Shown: positions 51,685 through 64,000 of the stretch, one piece after another
How the letters are laid out: every line of letters begins with the position of its first letter
Numbering within the stretch: the first letter of the stretch is position 1
Assembly (NCBI GenBank): GCA_021613535.1
Contig: CP075496.1
Coordinates: 12,214,001-12,278,000 of the forward strand
Origin: Adineta vaga
Taxonomy: Eukaryota > Animalia > Rotifera
Reading direction: 5' to 3'
Length of the DNA stretch: 64,000 nucleotides
Program-made: the position numbers and the translations under genes
The notes under the pieces: generated by a model
The model's database searches: none
The model's input: the letters and a program-made list of their open reading frames with translations, nothing else
Told to the model about the DNA's origin: nothing

Positions 51685-54600
51685 ATGTATTTCACGATAT
51701 ATTCTACAATTATATTGATTGTGGCGGTCTTTAGATGTTTCGGAGCACCATTAAAATCATCGAATACATGCGGTTACGATGTAAATACTGTTTGATTAAC
51801 AAGAAAAATCGAATTCACAATAGATAATTCTATTTTCTTGCTCTTAGGTATGTAATTTAGGTCAACCTGATAAATTAAATGTTCATATTGTTCCACATAC
51901 ACATGACGATGTTGGCTGGTTGAAAACTGTAGATCAATATTACTATGGTGGTGAGTTATTTTTCTCAGATCTAGCAATCATTAGTCGTTATTATATTGTA
52001 GCTCGTAATGATATTCAACATGCTAGTGTTCAATTTATTCTTGATTCAGTCATTCCGTCACTCGATGAAAATCCGGACCGTCGTTTTATTTACGTGGAAA
52101 TAGCCTTTTTCTGGCGCTGGTGGATGCAACAAAGTGACGAAATGCAAAATACTGTTAGAAAACTTGTCAATGAAGGTAAATGAATACTTTGATAAGATAG
52201 AGATTCATGTGTTATATCATATACAGGTCGTTTGGAATTTATTTCTGGTGGATGGTCAATGAATGATGAAGGTGTAACTCATTACAATTCCATTATAGAT
52301 CAACATAGTTTAGGTGCAGAATTTTTACGTGATCAATTTGGTGAATGTGGTCGACCAAAACTTGGTTGGCAGATTGATCCCTTTGGGCATTCCAAACAAG
52401 TTGCATCACTTTTTGCACATGTTCGTTGAGGATGAGAAAGAAATCAAACTAATTTTGAATAAAAAAAAATCATTTCGTAAATTTCATAGATGGGTTTTGA
52501 TGGTTTATTTTTCGGACGAGTTGATTTTCAAGATTATGCTGAACGATTTAGAACAAAAACAATGGAAATGATTTGGAAAGGAAGTGCAAATTTAGGTGAA
52601 CAAAGTTGGCTTTTTGCTGGTATATTGCCAAGAGTTTATGAAGCACCTGAATCATTTTGTTTCGATGTCCATTGTCAGAGTGAACCTATTAAAGTCAATT
52701 ATTAGTGATTCCTCTCTCATATATATTTATATTTAATTGTCTGTTTTTTTAGGATGATCCACAATTACATGATTACAATGTACCCGAAAGAGTTCAAGCA
52801 TTTATCGATGCTACTCGCAATCAAGTTTGAATAGTTTTCTTTTTTTTTACAAAAAAGAGATAATAATATTTATGTGTATTTGTAGGCGAAAGGTTATGCA
52901 ACGAATCATATCATCAATACAATGGGTAGTGATTTTCAATATGAAAATGCCAATGAATGGTATAAAAATCTAGATAAATTAATTAAATATGTTAATGCTC
53001 AAGTAAAAATGAAATAGATGTAAATTTCATAATAACTTTATATTCAATTTGTTTAGCAAGCTAACGGTAGTGATGTGAATATATTTTATTCAACGCCAAC
53101 ATGTTATTTATATGCATTAAATCAGGCGAATCGAACTTGGACAACGAAAACGGATGATTTCTTTCCCATTTCATACAATCAACATGGTCTTTGGAATGGT
53201 TATTTCACTTCTAGACCAGCATTGAAACGATATGAACGTCATTCAAATAATATTCTACAAGTAACAAGACAATTGAATGCCTTTTCAAATTTAACATTGC
53301 GACATGCATTTTTTCCGCTGAGTATATTATTCAAAAGAGAAATCTCTTTACATAAATATATGTTAATGCATAGGTGAAGCAATGGGTATTGCTCAACATC
53401 ATGATGCCGTAAGTGGTACATCAAAACAACATGTTGCTGATGATTATGCTCAACGATTAGCACAAGGAATCGACTCTGCCATAGTAAATTAATAAAACTG
53501 AAAATGTGTCCGTAAACTTATGTCACATTTAGTATGTTATTAATGAAGCTTATAAAAAGCTTTTACCAAAACAAAATCAATCCTTACCAACTCCAACTCA
53601 ATTTCTTTGTCAGTTTTCAAATATTAGTGAATGTTTACCGATCGAAGGGCAAGATCGTGTACGTAAATGTTTTATTTTGGAAACTCAATAGCAATTCATT
53701 ATATATTCATATACTAGTTTACATTAACCCTTTGGAATCCGACGATTCAATCAATTCAACATATAGTTCGCGTGCCAGTTACAAAAAATTATTTCATTCG
53801 AAGTCCAACAGGTTCAACAATTGCAGTTGATGTAGTTGTTAAGTCAGATTATTTTTGATTTTTGAGTATTTTTCATACTTTAGTTCATACCAATATCTGA
53901 ACCAACAAAAAATATTCCTGGTCGTACAAGTTCCGCTGAATATGAATTAGTTTTTCGTGCATCATTACCAGCTCTTGGCTTTAATACTTATTATTTCGAA
54001 GCAAAAAGTAAAGCAATGTGACTATTTAATCATCTTAAGAATCGATTTTTTTCTATTAGCTGAGACAATCAAGAACGAGGAATTAACACTAAACCAAACG
54101 CATAATGAAGTATGCACACTTCAGAATCAAGTATGTAAATAAAAATAGAAATGGTATTCTCATATCTTCAGTATAGTATCTTCGGGTTGAATTCGATAAT
54201 CAAGGAAATTTAAAAAATATTACTAATCGAAATAAAAACTTTACTGTACAATTTTCTAGTCAAGGTTTCTATTGGTATACAAGTAAATATTATAACATCA
54301 CGGAATAGTATTTGTCTTCTCAAATTCGTTTTTCATTTAGGTTTTCCTGGAAATAATTCTCGTCCAGAATTTCAAGCATCCGGTGCTTATTTCTTTCGAC
54401 CATTAACACCAAATCCATTTCCCATTAGTAGCTCACGTAATATGTAAGTATTGAAATGAACCGTTTCATGAAAACATATTTCCTTTATTAACTAGAACAT
54501 GTACATATATGGATCAAGTTCAAACTGCATTAATTATCTATAATCAATGGTGTAGTCAAGAGATTAGACTTTATGATGAAGCATCAACGATTGAAATTGA

Positions 54601-55597
54601 ATGGATTGTTGGTCCAATTCCAATTGAAGACAATATTGGTAAAGAAATTATCATGCGTTATGATACAGATATTCGAAGTAATGAATATTTCTATACTGAT
54701 GCTAATGGACGTGAAGTACTCGAACGTAGAAGAGATTATCGACCAACATGGAATTATACAGCATATGAAAGTGTGGGTGGTAATTATTATCCTGTAGCAA
54801 GTCGTATATGGATTAAAGATAATCATACACAAATGACAGTATTGACAGGTAGAAATGATATATTTTCATAATGTCAATGACATTTCTATTTTCAGATCGA
54901 TCTGAAGGTGGTTCAAGTATGCATGATGGTTCTCTTGAATTAATGGTTCATCGTCGTACATTACACGACGATCGTCAAGGTGTTGGTGAACCAATCAATG
55001 AAACTGCTTATGGTAAAGGTCTTGTTATACGTGGTCGACATATACTTATTCTTGAAACACCAGAATCAAGTGCTCTTCTTCATCGTCCCACTTCTCAACA
55101 ATTATTTATGAATCCACTCAATACCTATGCTTTACCGGGACTATCGTATACTAATTATTCAAATAATTATTATCAAACATGGTCTGCTCTAAATGAATCA
55201 TTATCCTACAATATTCATTTATTAACATTTGATCAATTGGCATTTAATGTATTTCTTATACGTGTCGAACATTATTTCGAATTAAATGAAGATGCAACAT
55301 ATTCGAAATCGACTGAAATCGATTTACAAATTTTATTTAATACATTAGGTAAAATCAAAGATTTTGTCGAATTAACTCTTGGAGGTAATCAACCGTTAAA
55401 TGAAATGAAACGATTGATTTGGTATGCTGATGATCATCACTCATCTTATTGGAAAGCGACAGGTATGTTCAAAAGAAAATTCTAATTAGTAAATACTTTC
55501 TTTGTTGACAATATTTTCAGATTCAAATGTATCGAAAAGTACTATAATAGCATTAAATCCAATGGAAATTAAGACTTTCCAAGTTATATTACAGTAG
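51685..55597 (+). CDS. MAN2B1: Lysosomal alpha-mannosidase (GH38); multi-exon
   Basis: Signal peptide; [22 protein letters not shown]; [15 protein letters not shown]; [10 protein letters not shown]; QHHDAVSGT; FYTDANGRE; ELMVHRR; LNPMEIKTF. Confidence 0.95.
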
Positions 55598-56222
55598 ATA
55601 ACATCTACAAACATGACTTGATCTTTTTTTCTTCTACTTGTATCAAGAATTAAATACAATAATAAAAGAGAAAACCTTCATCTTGACTTGATCAATGTTC
55701 GCATCATATTTCTAAACAGATGTGAACAATAATCTAGATATCTTCTTTTTCTCGAGATGAAATAAAAGAATATTTGCACTAATAGTTCTTGAACATATGT
55801 CGGCTTACTTAGACATCTAATGCTTTTCTTGTACCCATTACATATATCTTTTTGACGAGATATCCTTTATTCTCCTCTATTCAATAATGACTGACGATAA
55901 CAACAGGCAGACCATATTGATGCTCTTATCGATAATGTATAATTCAACAGACTATTGGTACACGTGTCCAACTGCATACTTCTTTGACCGATTGTTTGCT
56001 TATATTTTCGCATTTTCACACTAGCCATGTTTACTTTGCGTCGTCCTCCCTCCATTTCTTCTAGCTCTGTGTCTATTTCTTTCTCGGCTCATCGTGACTA
56101 GACTATGATGAGAGAGCGCAGCGATTCATTCTTCATTCATTTCGCTGTCGTCTCGCGCCAAACACACACGCATTCTTTATCTTTCATTCTAATTCTATTT
56201 ATTAAATAAATAAATCTTCGAA

Positions 56223-56974
56223 ATGGCTGATGCAATTAAGAAAGGTGCCGAAGCTGTGAAAGATAAAGCATCAGGTATGTGATCTTCTTTCTATTAATTA
56301 TGATAGCTCACCATAGACAAAATTCACATATCTAGAAGTTACATCAGGAGTTAGCCATGAAGCTAACAAAGCTGCTGCTAAAGATTCAGATCGATCAGTT
56401 GGAGATCGTGTTAGTCATGGTATGTTTTATAAGTTATATCGATGAAATTTTCTTATTGTTCTATAATAAGGTGTTGATGCTGTAAAAGACAAAGTCGATG
56501 AAAAAAAATCTGAATTATCGAAAGAAGCAAATAAAAGCGGTGCTGAACACGAAGCTAAAAGTCTTGTTGATACCGTTAAAGAAAAAGCTGCTGAAGCGTA
56601 AGTTTTATGTTCACATTACATCTGTTAGAAATGATTGAATTCTCATTTTTAGCTACAATTATGTTGCTGGCGGTGAAGGTGAAGGAAAAGGTCTTGTTGA
56701 AACCGTTAAAGAAAAAGCTACTGAAGCGTATGTATATGTCTCATATAAGAAACGATTCGATTAAATGAATCTTTGTTTATTTAGTTACCATTATGTTGCT
56801 GAAAAAGTTTCCGAAGCAACACACGCTGTTACTGGTGAAGCTAACAAAGAAGTAGCAAAAGATTCAAATGAATCAATTGGTACACGTGCAGGTGCAGCTG
56901 TTGATGCTGTTAAAGATAAAGTCAACGAAAAGACAAGCGAAGTTAAAGCTGAAGCTCACAAACAAAATTTATAA
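56223..56974 (+). CDS. Hydrophilic LEA-like protein with two fungal Grg1/ccg-1-type repeats (~175 aa, 5 exons); HGT candidate
   Basis: Exons 56223-56274, 56336-56419, 56471-56597, 56653-56727 and 56785-56974 join in frame. The repeats EANK(A/E)(A/V)AKDS..S(V/I)G.R....DAVKDKV.EK match the Grg1 signature EANK.VAKDS....TR..AA.DA..DK..E.K....AE.HKQ. Confidence 0.85.
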
Positions 56975-58050
56975 AGAACAAAATTTGCTCAATGAATAAA
57001 TAACATTTTAGAGAAAGAACGCAATTGTAGTCTGTTTGTTTTATCTCAGTTTATTATTCTCTCTATATTATATATATTTAATTCAAAGTAAAAAGAAGAA
57101 ATTTTAATAGCCTATTTACTATAGTCATGATATATATTTTTCGCATCTCCTAAATGACTGATTTATCAACTCATGCTATCAATAAGAAAATTAAACCACA
57201 AGAAAAGCCATATAGATAAATGATGATTTCAATTAGATTATCAGCACTGTGTTGAATGAAAAGAGATAAACTAATTGATCAAATTCATTTATATTTCTGT
57301 GCAAAAAATGATTGATACTCTATTATTATGTCTAACGAGAATTTCTACTAAACTACTTGATCAAATTTGTATGTAATACTATTGATCATCGTTAACCAAT
57401 TGTTTATTCAGTGTCTATAAATATATCAATTATATACTTGAATGAATCAATGCTTTGATGAAACAGATGTGAGCGTATATGAAAAGAAAAGAAAATGTTT
57501 CTATGAAGTTTTTCTGCTTCATTGTAAAGAATACATTGGAACATATGTTACACAGATTTCCTTCAAAAGAACTGGCAAGAGATACTTTTTTACTGATTTA
57601 CTTTCAACAGCACGTTTAATCATATAACTCGAAAAAGGGACAAATGGGGATTCAGATGAAAAAAATTTTTTTAATTTCAATATCGGGTGTGAACTTTCTT
57701 TTTAATCTAGCGTAAAATTTCAATTTCTTTTCTTGTCAATCAATCAAGACAACATTTCATACCATAATCTTACTAATTAGAATTATTATCATGTCAATTA
57801 TTTCTTTTTGTTATCTATCTATCTATCTATAGGATAGAATCAATAATAAATCCTAGATCATCAAGTTTAACTCGTGTGGTGTCTTCTTTTCCTATCTGAT
57901 GAACTTTCAACCGCTATAATCATCTTTTATTATGGACCTTCCATTTTTTGACAATTTCATTATTTGTCCGTCTAAAAATCGTCTACTCGGTTGGTAAAAA
58001 TGATAACATAACGAAGAAAAATTGATAATTCAATTCAAATAGATATAATC

Positions 58051-59148
58051 ATGTCTTCATCAAAAGCTACAACAATAATTGGAATAACACTCGATGATGT
58101 TTGTTTTCCAACATCAAAACAACTTGATGAAAGTGATGCTATGTTCCTGATTCGCGAATATTTTGAACTCTTTTTCCTAATTATTGATGTCTTCTTTTTC
58201 TTTCAGAGATTATTTATCAGCTTACTTGATTCTTTATACATATAAACTATTACTTGAAGGTCATGGTTATTCATTTACAATTGACCATGAAACAGAAATC
58301 ATTTGTGTAGCAATTAAAACTCATACTCATTTAATTTTCGGTCGAACACTTGAAGATATATTTAGCATCAGGTACGATTTTCAATTGCTTTTGGGAATTC
58401 TATTCAAAACGTGAAAGTAAAGCATTATGAAGGTGAATATCTGAATTTACACCCGACGAATTCCTAAATTGTATTGATTTTCGTTATTTACTTGATGCAC
58501 TTCAACCTGAAGATGCTTTGGAAATGTTAAAAAGACCTGAACCAACACAATCTGAACATATAAAACAACTTGAAGAATAAGATTATTCTTATCCTGTACA
58601 TACAACACCAACTGGTTGCTTAGTTATTTTGATAAAAAAATTCGTCATTTATGTCACGAAGCATTAAATGAAGGTTTCACACATCTTAAAATCAAAATTG
58701 GTCGTGATTTCAATGATGATATTCGACGAATAAAAGTCATTCGCGAAGAAGTTAGTTATACACGACGTGTCATGGATGATTCAACTCAAGTTTGGGATAT
58801 TGATCAAGCGATTGAATGGATGAAACATTTAGTCGAATTTTAACCTTATTGAATTGAAGAACCCACATTAGTTGATGATATTCTCGATCATGCTAAAATT
58901 TATCAAGAACTTCAAGAATATAACATCGGTGTTGTAACTGGTGAACAAATGTTACAAGCAACTGCTCTACAGTTTTGTTAAATTGATTATGGTACATAGG
59001 AAAATCGTATCACAAAAGTTGTTGATCATTCATATGAACGTTTTGAAGAACCATGCCGAATTCATAATGGAAGATGTACATCATCACATAAACCAGACCA
59101 AGGCTATAGTACACATCTGAAAGATGAAAGTAGAAAACGGTTTTATAA
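58051..59148 (+). pseudogene. L-fuconate dehydratase / ENOSF1 (enolase superfamily) pseudogene
   Basis: Recognisable blocks DVCFPTS.LD.SDAM, GHG.SFTI, IDFRYL.DAL.PE.AL, GFTHLKIKIG, QVWD..QAIEWM, IEEPT..DDIL and GVVTGE. In-frame stops at 58578-58580, 58841-58843 and 58850-58852; frameshift near 58617; internal deletions. Confidence 0.88.
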
Positions 59149-60238
59149 AGAGTCGTTTGTTCTTGTTTTTGTGACTTTATACTCAAATAAAGATTGATTA
59201 CTAGTAGATGAAGTCTTATTTAATATTTGAAAATGTTTGTAATTGTGACCCTTCATTCAACTGTTCAGAGTGAGTGTTATTCTCGTTTTCATCCATATTC
59301 TTACGCAATTGTATTTATTCAAAAATCAACTGAAGTCTAATATCAACTGTGACATTTATTTTAATAAGAAGTAAGAAATTATTCAATGAATCAACAATAA
59401 TGCTTTTCCATTATCATTATCATTAAAAGTACGATTATTGAATGGTGCGATATAGAAACTGCGACATGGACGCAACTGCATGTTTTCTAGAGAACTAGAG
59501 TTCCATTGAACAAATTCGACTATAGTTTGAAGATTTCATCACTGATTTAACAGCATCTAATGTTACACTAAAGAAATTTTCCGTCTTTTATAGAGATTCA
59601 CAATTCAGTCATTGTTTAGTTTTCGTAAAAGATTTTCCAATGATTCATAACTTGATTCTCCTAAAACCTTAAAATTACCTGTCTTGTCGATTTTAGAGTG
59701 CTCATAATATTCTAATTTACCATTCGTTTCACTAGAGGAAAACAATTTAAATTTTGCCTTTAATCTATACAAATATTCATTATTAAATTGTTAGCCCTTG
59801 AATCGACAAGAGGTCCAACATACTAGAAGAAGTGAATTAAATCAAAGTTCAACTACACCATTCGGCTGATTCGTTCAGATTTAAGTTATCTTTTGATACT
59901 TCTGTAGATGCTCGTTAAAGTGGACGACATTCTCGTTTGAACTTGATTCTTAAACTGATTTCGAATTTAACAATAATTAATTTCATAGAATTCTGTTAGA
60001 TAATCTGTAAATGTAATAAAAAAAATATTGTCATTCACTTCATCATCTAGCAACATCTATTGAAAGAAAAAAGATCATAAAAAGCTTGATTTGATTGCAT
60101 GCCAACGTTTACCCATATGATATCAATCCATTTCCATTACTGTACTTGTACACTGCACTGGTTCCAAACTTTCATTACATATTTGATTCATGTTTAGGAT
60201 TGATCGTTTCGAATAATTCATTTTCAGATCAAAGAACA

Positions 60239-63200
60239 ATGTATACTCGTTGTAGTGTATTAAAACAAGTTGTTCGTCATTTCATTACACCAAGTTCAGC
60301 TAATCGTTTCATTCGCTTTCAATCATCTGCAACTCAAAATGCGGTGAATAACTTTCGAGAATCCAGGTAAAACCAAAAATCTTCTTTTTTCTCCGTGAAT
60401 TAATCAAACTAAATTCTTTCACTGTTTTTAGTTCAACAACGAATAATCGTTCGAATTCTGGAGATATTTTTCTTGATTTAACCACAGAATATAATCGTAA
60501 ACGATTTGTTCAAAGTGATCTCGTTGTCAATGCGATTAAAAACATCAATAATAGTATATCCGAAAGACTTAGTTTATTAATCTTAACAGCAGCTGCACGT
60601 AGTGTTCATCATGTCACACCAGAAAAACGTGTGGAATTATTAGAAGAAGTGAGTAATAATCGAATTTGTTTTGTCTGATTATTTCTTTTTTTTTCGAAGG
60701 CATGGAAAACATTAAATGATCAAAAGGTTCGTTTAACAACACGTCATTATGAAACATATTTAAGTGGTTTGAATGAAAATGGATTTATCTTTGATGCTGA
60801 TTATTATCTAAAGTTAATTGACAGTGAACAAATTCAAGCATCACCACGTCTTTATAGTTTACTTTTGACTCAGTAAGTTCTACTATTATTATTACTAGAT
60901 ATTTTTCACGTATATCATATTTTCATCTAATTAGATATTGTCGCGAAGGTAATACAGATCGTGCGCAAAAATTTTTGAAAATGCTCAAAGAACGTAATGT
61001 TAGTATTGATGAAGATATCTTTGCTGCATTGATTGTATGTCAATTGAAACTTGGCAATGATAAAGGTGCAAATGATATTATACAAATAATGAAAGAACGT
61101 GGTCTACAACCAACAATTTCGACATATAAAGAAATTTTGACTGCATTAATCAGTGAACATAAATTAGAACAATTCGAATATTATTTTGGTCAAATGGAAT
61201 CTCAACAACGGCAATCATCATCGTCAACAGTTTATATTGATGCACATTTTGTTGTGATTTTACTTGGACAATGTATTTCCTATAAAGAACGACCAATATT
61301 TGATTTATTATTGAATACTTTGAAAGAACTTGATCATGGTCGTATGCCAAATAATTTATTTAATTTAGCAATACAATGTGTGACAAATGGATGGCATGAA
61401 TCAGCAATTGAATTATTACAAATGCAAACTGAAATGGACGGAACAGAGGATGCTGATTCACCATATCAAGGTATTCATGGACGACATTGGGTATTGTTTT
61501 TTAGGTAAGAAATCAAAAGAAATTGATACGTAGAAATCTTTAATTCTCTTTAGACAATTACTCGATAATAATGAACCTCATTTAATGGATACATATCTTG
61601 ATTTAACGATGCAAAAGAATCTTATTCCACTTGATGGTATTCTACGTGTTTTATATACATCATCTCAGAATGATCATCGTGTAGCACTTGATTATCTTGA
61701 ACGAGGACAAGAATTACGTCATCCAATGCGTACAAATTATTTCTATCCACTTTTATTAAAAGCATACTCATCTGAAACATCTCAAAATTGGACTGATGAA
61801 GATCGTTTACGTTTATTTCGTTTACTCGATCGTTTAACTATGCCAATTGAATCGGTGACATATTCACGTTTACTTCAACAATCATTTCATCAATATTATC
61901 AAAATAAATTCACTCCATTATTAGATATGTTAGCAAAAAATAATCTACAATCTATTCTTGATCGTATATGTCGTTTATTACTAAATGATATTCGACGAAA
62001 TACACTTCATTTAAGTGTTGTGCAACAAATTGCTCCATATTTCCGTTTAAATACACGTGCACGACAAGAAGAATTCGCAAGATACTTATTTTCAACAATG
62101 ACGAATACATCAACAAAGTAAAATACCATTTTTGAAGGTTCTCGTCTGTACTTTCGTTTTCTTTCTAGTACGAATGAAGAAAATGCTGGTCAAACTTCAA
62201 CAACATCGACGAATGATTTAACACCAGTATTTCAATTTATTGATTCGATTTCAAAAGATTTATTGAATGATATTCCAATGTTAAAATATGATTTATATTT
62301 ACAATTACTTCGTTTATCTGCACATCAACGACGAACTGATCTAACTACTCGATTAGCTGAACAATGTATTCAAGAAGATATTAAACTAGGTGGTTCAATG
62401 AATGAAATTGATCTATCAACTGGCTATGCATTACCACGTGATGTAGTTGAACAATTAGCACGTTATAAACCAGGTGAATTATCGTGGAAAGAAAAATTAT
62501 CAACGATCGATTTACAAAAAACAACTCTTCCAACTTTAGAACAAATTTATCAAGAAGCTAAACAAGATGGAAGATATCCATTTGATTTACAACAACGTTT
62601 ATTAAATGTTTATATTAAAAAGAAATCAACTGAGCAAGCATTTGCAATCTTACATGAAATAAATTCCAATCGACAAAAGGTTCGTAGACTTATATTGAAA
62701 TCTGTGCAACTCAAGAAGTTAATAATCAATACTTAAGACAGAATAACAGAAGATGTTTTTTCTGTTTAGATCGAATCACCAATTCTTCATCGTTTATTTA
62801 ATCTTGTTACAGTGAAAATGGAAGATCAAAATGATACAACAAAAGCAGATCATCAGAATAATTTGAAATATCTATGTGATCTCTATGATAAATCCTATGG
62901 GCTTGCTAATTTACCAACAGAATTAACATTTCGTTTAGCACATATGTCTCTTCTCAGTGGTGATCAAGAGAATGCAATCAAAATCGTTTCAAATAAAATC
63001 AATACAGATTTAAATGATGAAATTTTACATTATTTAGTCCAATTTCTTCAACTAAATTCATCTGTATTGACCAGTGATGGTTTAATATCAATCGGAAACT
63101 TATTTCTTAATTTCCGTATTAACGAATCAGTACGAAAATTTTGGAATTTATTTTTCGATATTCTTTTGGAAAAAACAAGTCCACAAGATGTCGTACAATA

Positions 63201-63865
63201 TTATTCGGATGCAATAAGAGAAAATAGCAACGTTCCTTATCTTCATCTCTTCGAAGTAATTAGTAATCATGTGTCAAGTAAAGAATAACAAAACAAAAAA
63301 TCTATTTTTATCTTTTAGTTATTGATCTCGAAAGATGAATTGAATCGTTTACAAGATATTGTTGATATAGCAATATTACAACATGGAGCACGAAATGTTT
63401 TACATGATCTTGGATTTAGTTTGATTCAAAGTGGTAAAATAAAACAAGCGGAAAAGATTTTTCAAACACCATGGTTGAAAGCAAGAAATGATCGTATTAA
63501 TTTACATTCGTTATTTTTTTCTGGTAATTAGAAAATCAAATCAAATAGAAGTCATTTATTTCTTATTAAACGTATATTGTTTTACAATTCTAGATTCAAA
63601 TAATCTCGATGCATTGATTAATGCCATTAAATTAACACGAAGTTTACCTGAAGTTGATCAAAACAATTATTTGCATCAGCAATTCGGTAAGGAAGAAAAC
63701 GACGAAAATTTTGATAAACGAAGAAAATGATTTCGTCTTCTGAATTTCAGTGTGGCTGTACGTCTCGATAGATCAGATGTCATCGATTGGATATGTAAAG
63801 AAATACAAGAAAATCAAGTTCAACTTGATATTCGAATTAAAAAGTATGTTCAATCAAAGCTATAA
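60239..63865 (+). CDS. LRPPRC: Leucine-rich PPR-motif protein, mitochondrial (LRPPRC/bsf-like); apparent 1-nt frameshift near the 3' end
   Basis: Mitochondrial-presequence-like N-terminus. PPR repeats: HYETYLSGLNEN, LYSLLLTQYCREGN...AQKFLKMLKERNVSIDEDIFAALIV, MKERGLQPTISTY. Also PMRTNYFYPLL and ELNRLQDIVD...HGARNVLHDLGFSLIQSGK...A.KIFQTP.LKAR. Confidence 0.82.
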
Positions 63866-64000
63866 GAAAACTATGTAGAGAAACTTTTATGATCACACAA
63901 CACATACTATAGAATTTAATAGGACATAATTCACTTGCTATCTCTCTGTCAAAACAAATCTTGTTTGACATTTCATGCGCCACAACAGAAATGATATTCT

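Noticed and set aside
55867-56055. 62-aa minus-strand ORF upstream of the Grg1-like gene
   Set aside because: It lies in probable promoter DNA and shows no motif or splice support.
59390-59960. Exon-like fragments on the minus strand (e.g. IVEFVQWNSSSLENMQLRPCRSFYIAPFNN)
   Set aside because: Interrupted by stops with no recognisable homology. It is possibly a second pseudogene, but I cannot support that without a search.
1-64000. CRISPR arrays, rRNA, tRNA, prokaryotic operons or contamination
   Set aside because: None seen. Three of the four foreign-looking genes contain spliceosomal introns, and all are interleaved with metazoan genes, which argues against a bacterial contaminant.

Overview
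AT-rich, gene-dense eukaryotic DNA with very short GT-AG introns (mostly ~45-65 nt). Gene content and style best fit a bdelloid rotifer (Adineta/Rotaria-like); this is an inference, not a database result. I spliced gene models by hand, which recovers about 21 genes. Recognisable animal genes: ABAT, ZNF207/BuGZ, a RING-less TRAF, a ceramide kinase-like gene, a lamin, TMEM249/CatSper-theta-like, TMEM131, SYT14-like, a P2X receptor, a divergent TRMT10C/MRPP1, FOPNL/CEP20, an hnRNP U-like gene, lysosomal alpha-mannosidase and LRPPRC. Four genes look non-metazoan (horizontal transfer candidates): a YkwC/plant-type beta-hydroxyacid dehydrogenase, a bacterial-type 'CGGP' Cys-rich secreted protein, an EI24/CysZ-type membrane protein fused to an extra N-terminal domain, and a duplicated fungal Grg1/ccg-1-type hydrophilin. 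Also present: a tandem pair of orphan membrane-protein paralogs sharing a promoter motif, a TTAA-flanked non-autonomous DNA transposon (Kolobok-like ends), and an L-fuconate dehydratase/ENOSF1 pseudogene. The most unusual structure is the TRMT10C-FOPNL junction: only 23 nt separate stop from start, and the gap contains a TTTTCAG acceptor. That suggests an operon/trans-splicing unit, an overlapping promoter or a spliced fusion. All homology calls come from recalled motifs and need database confirmation.
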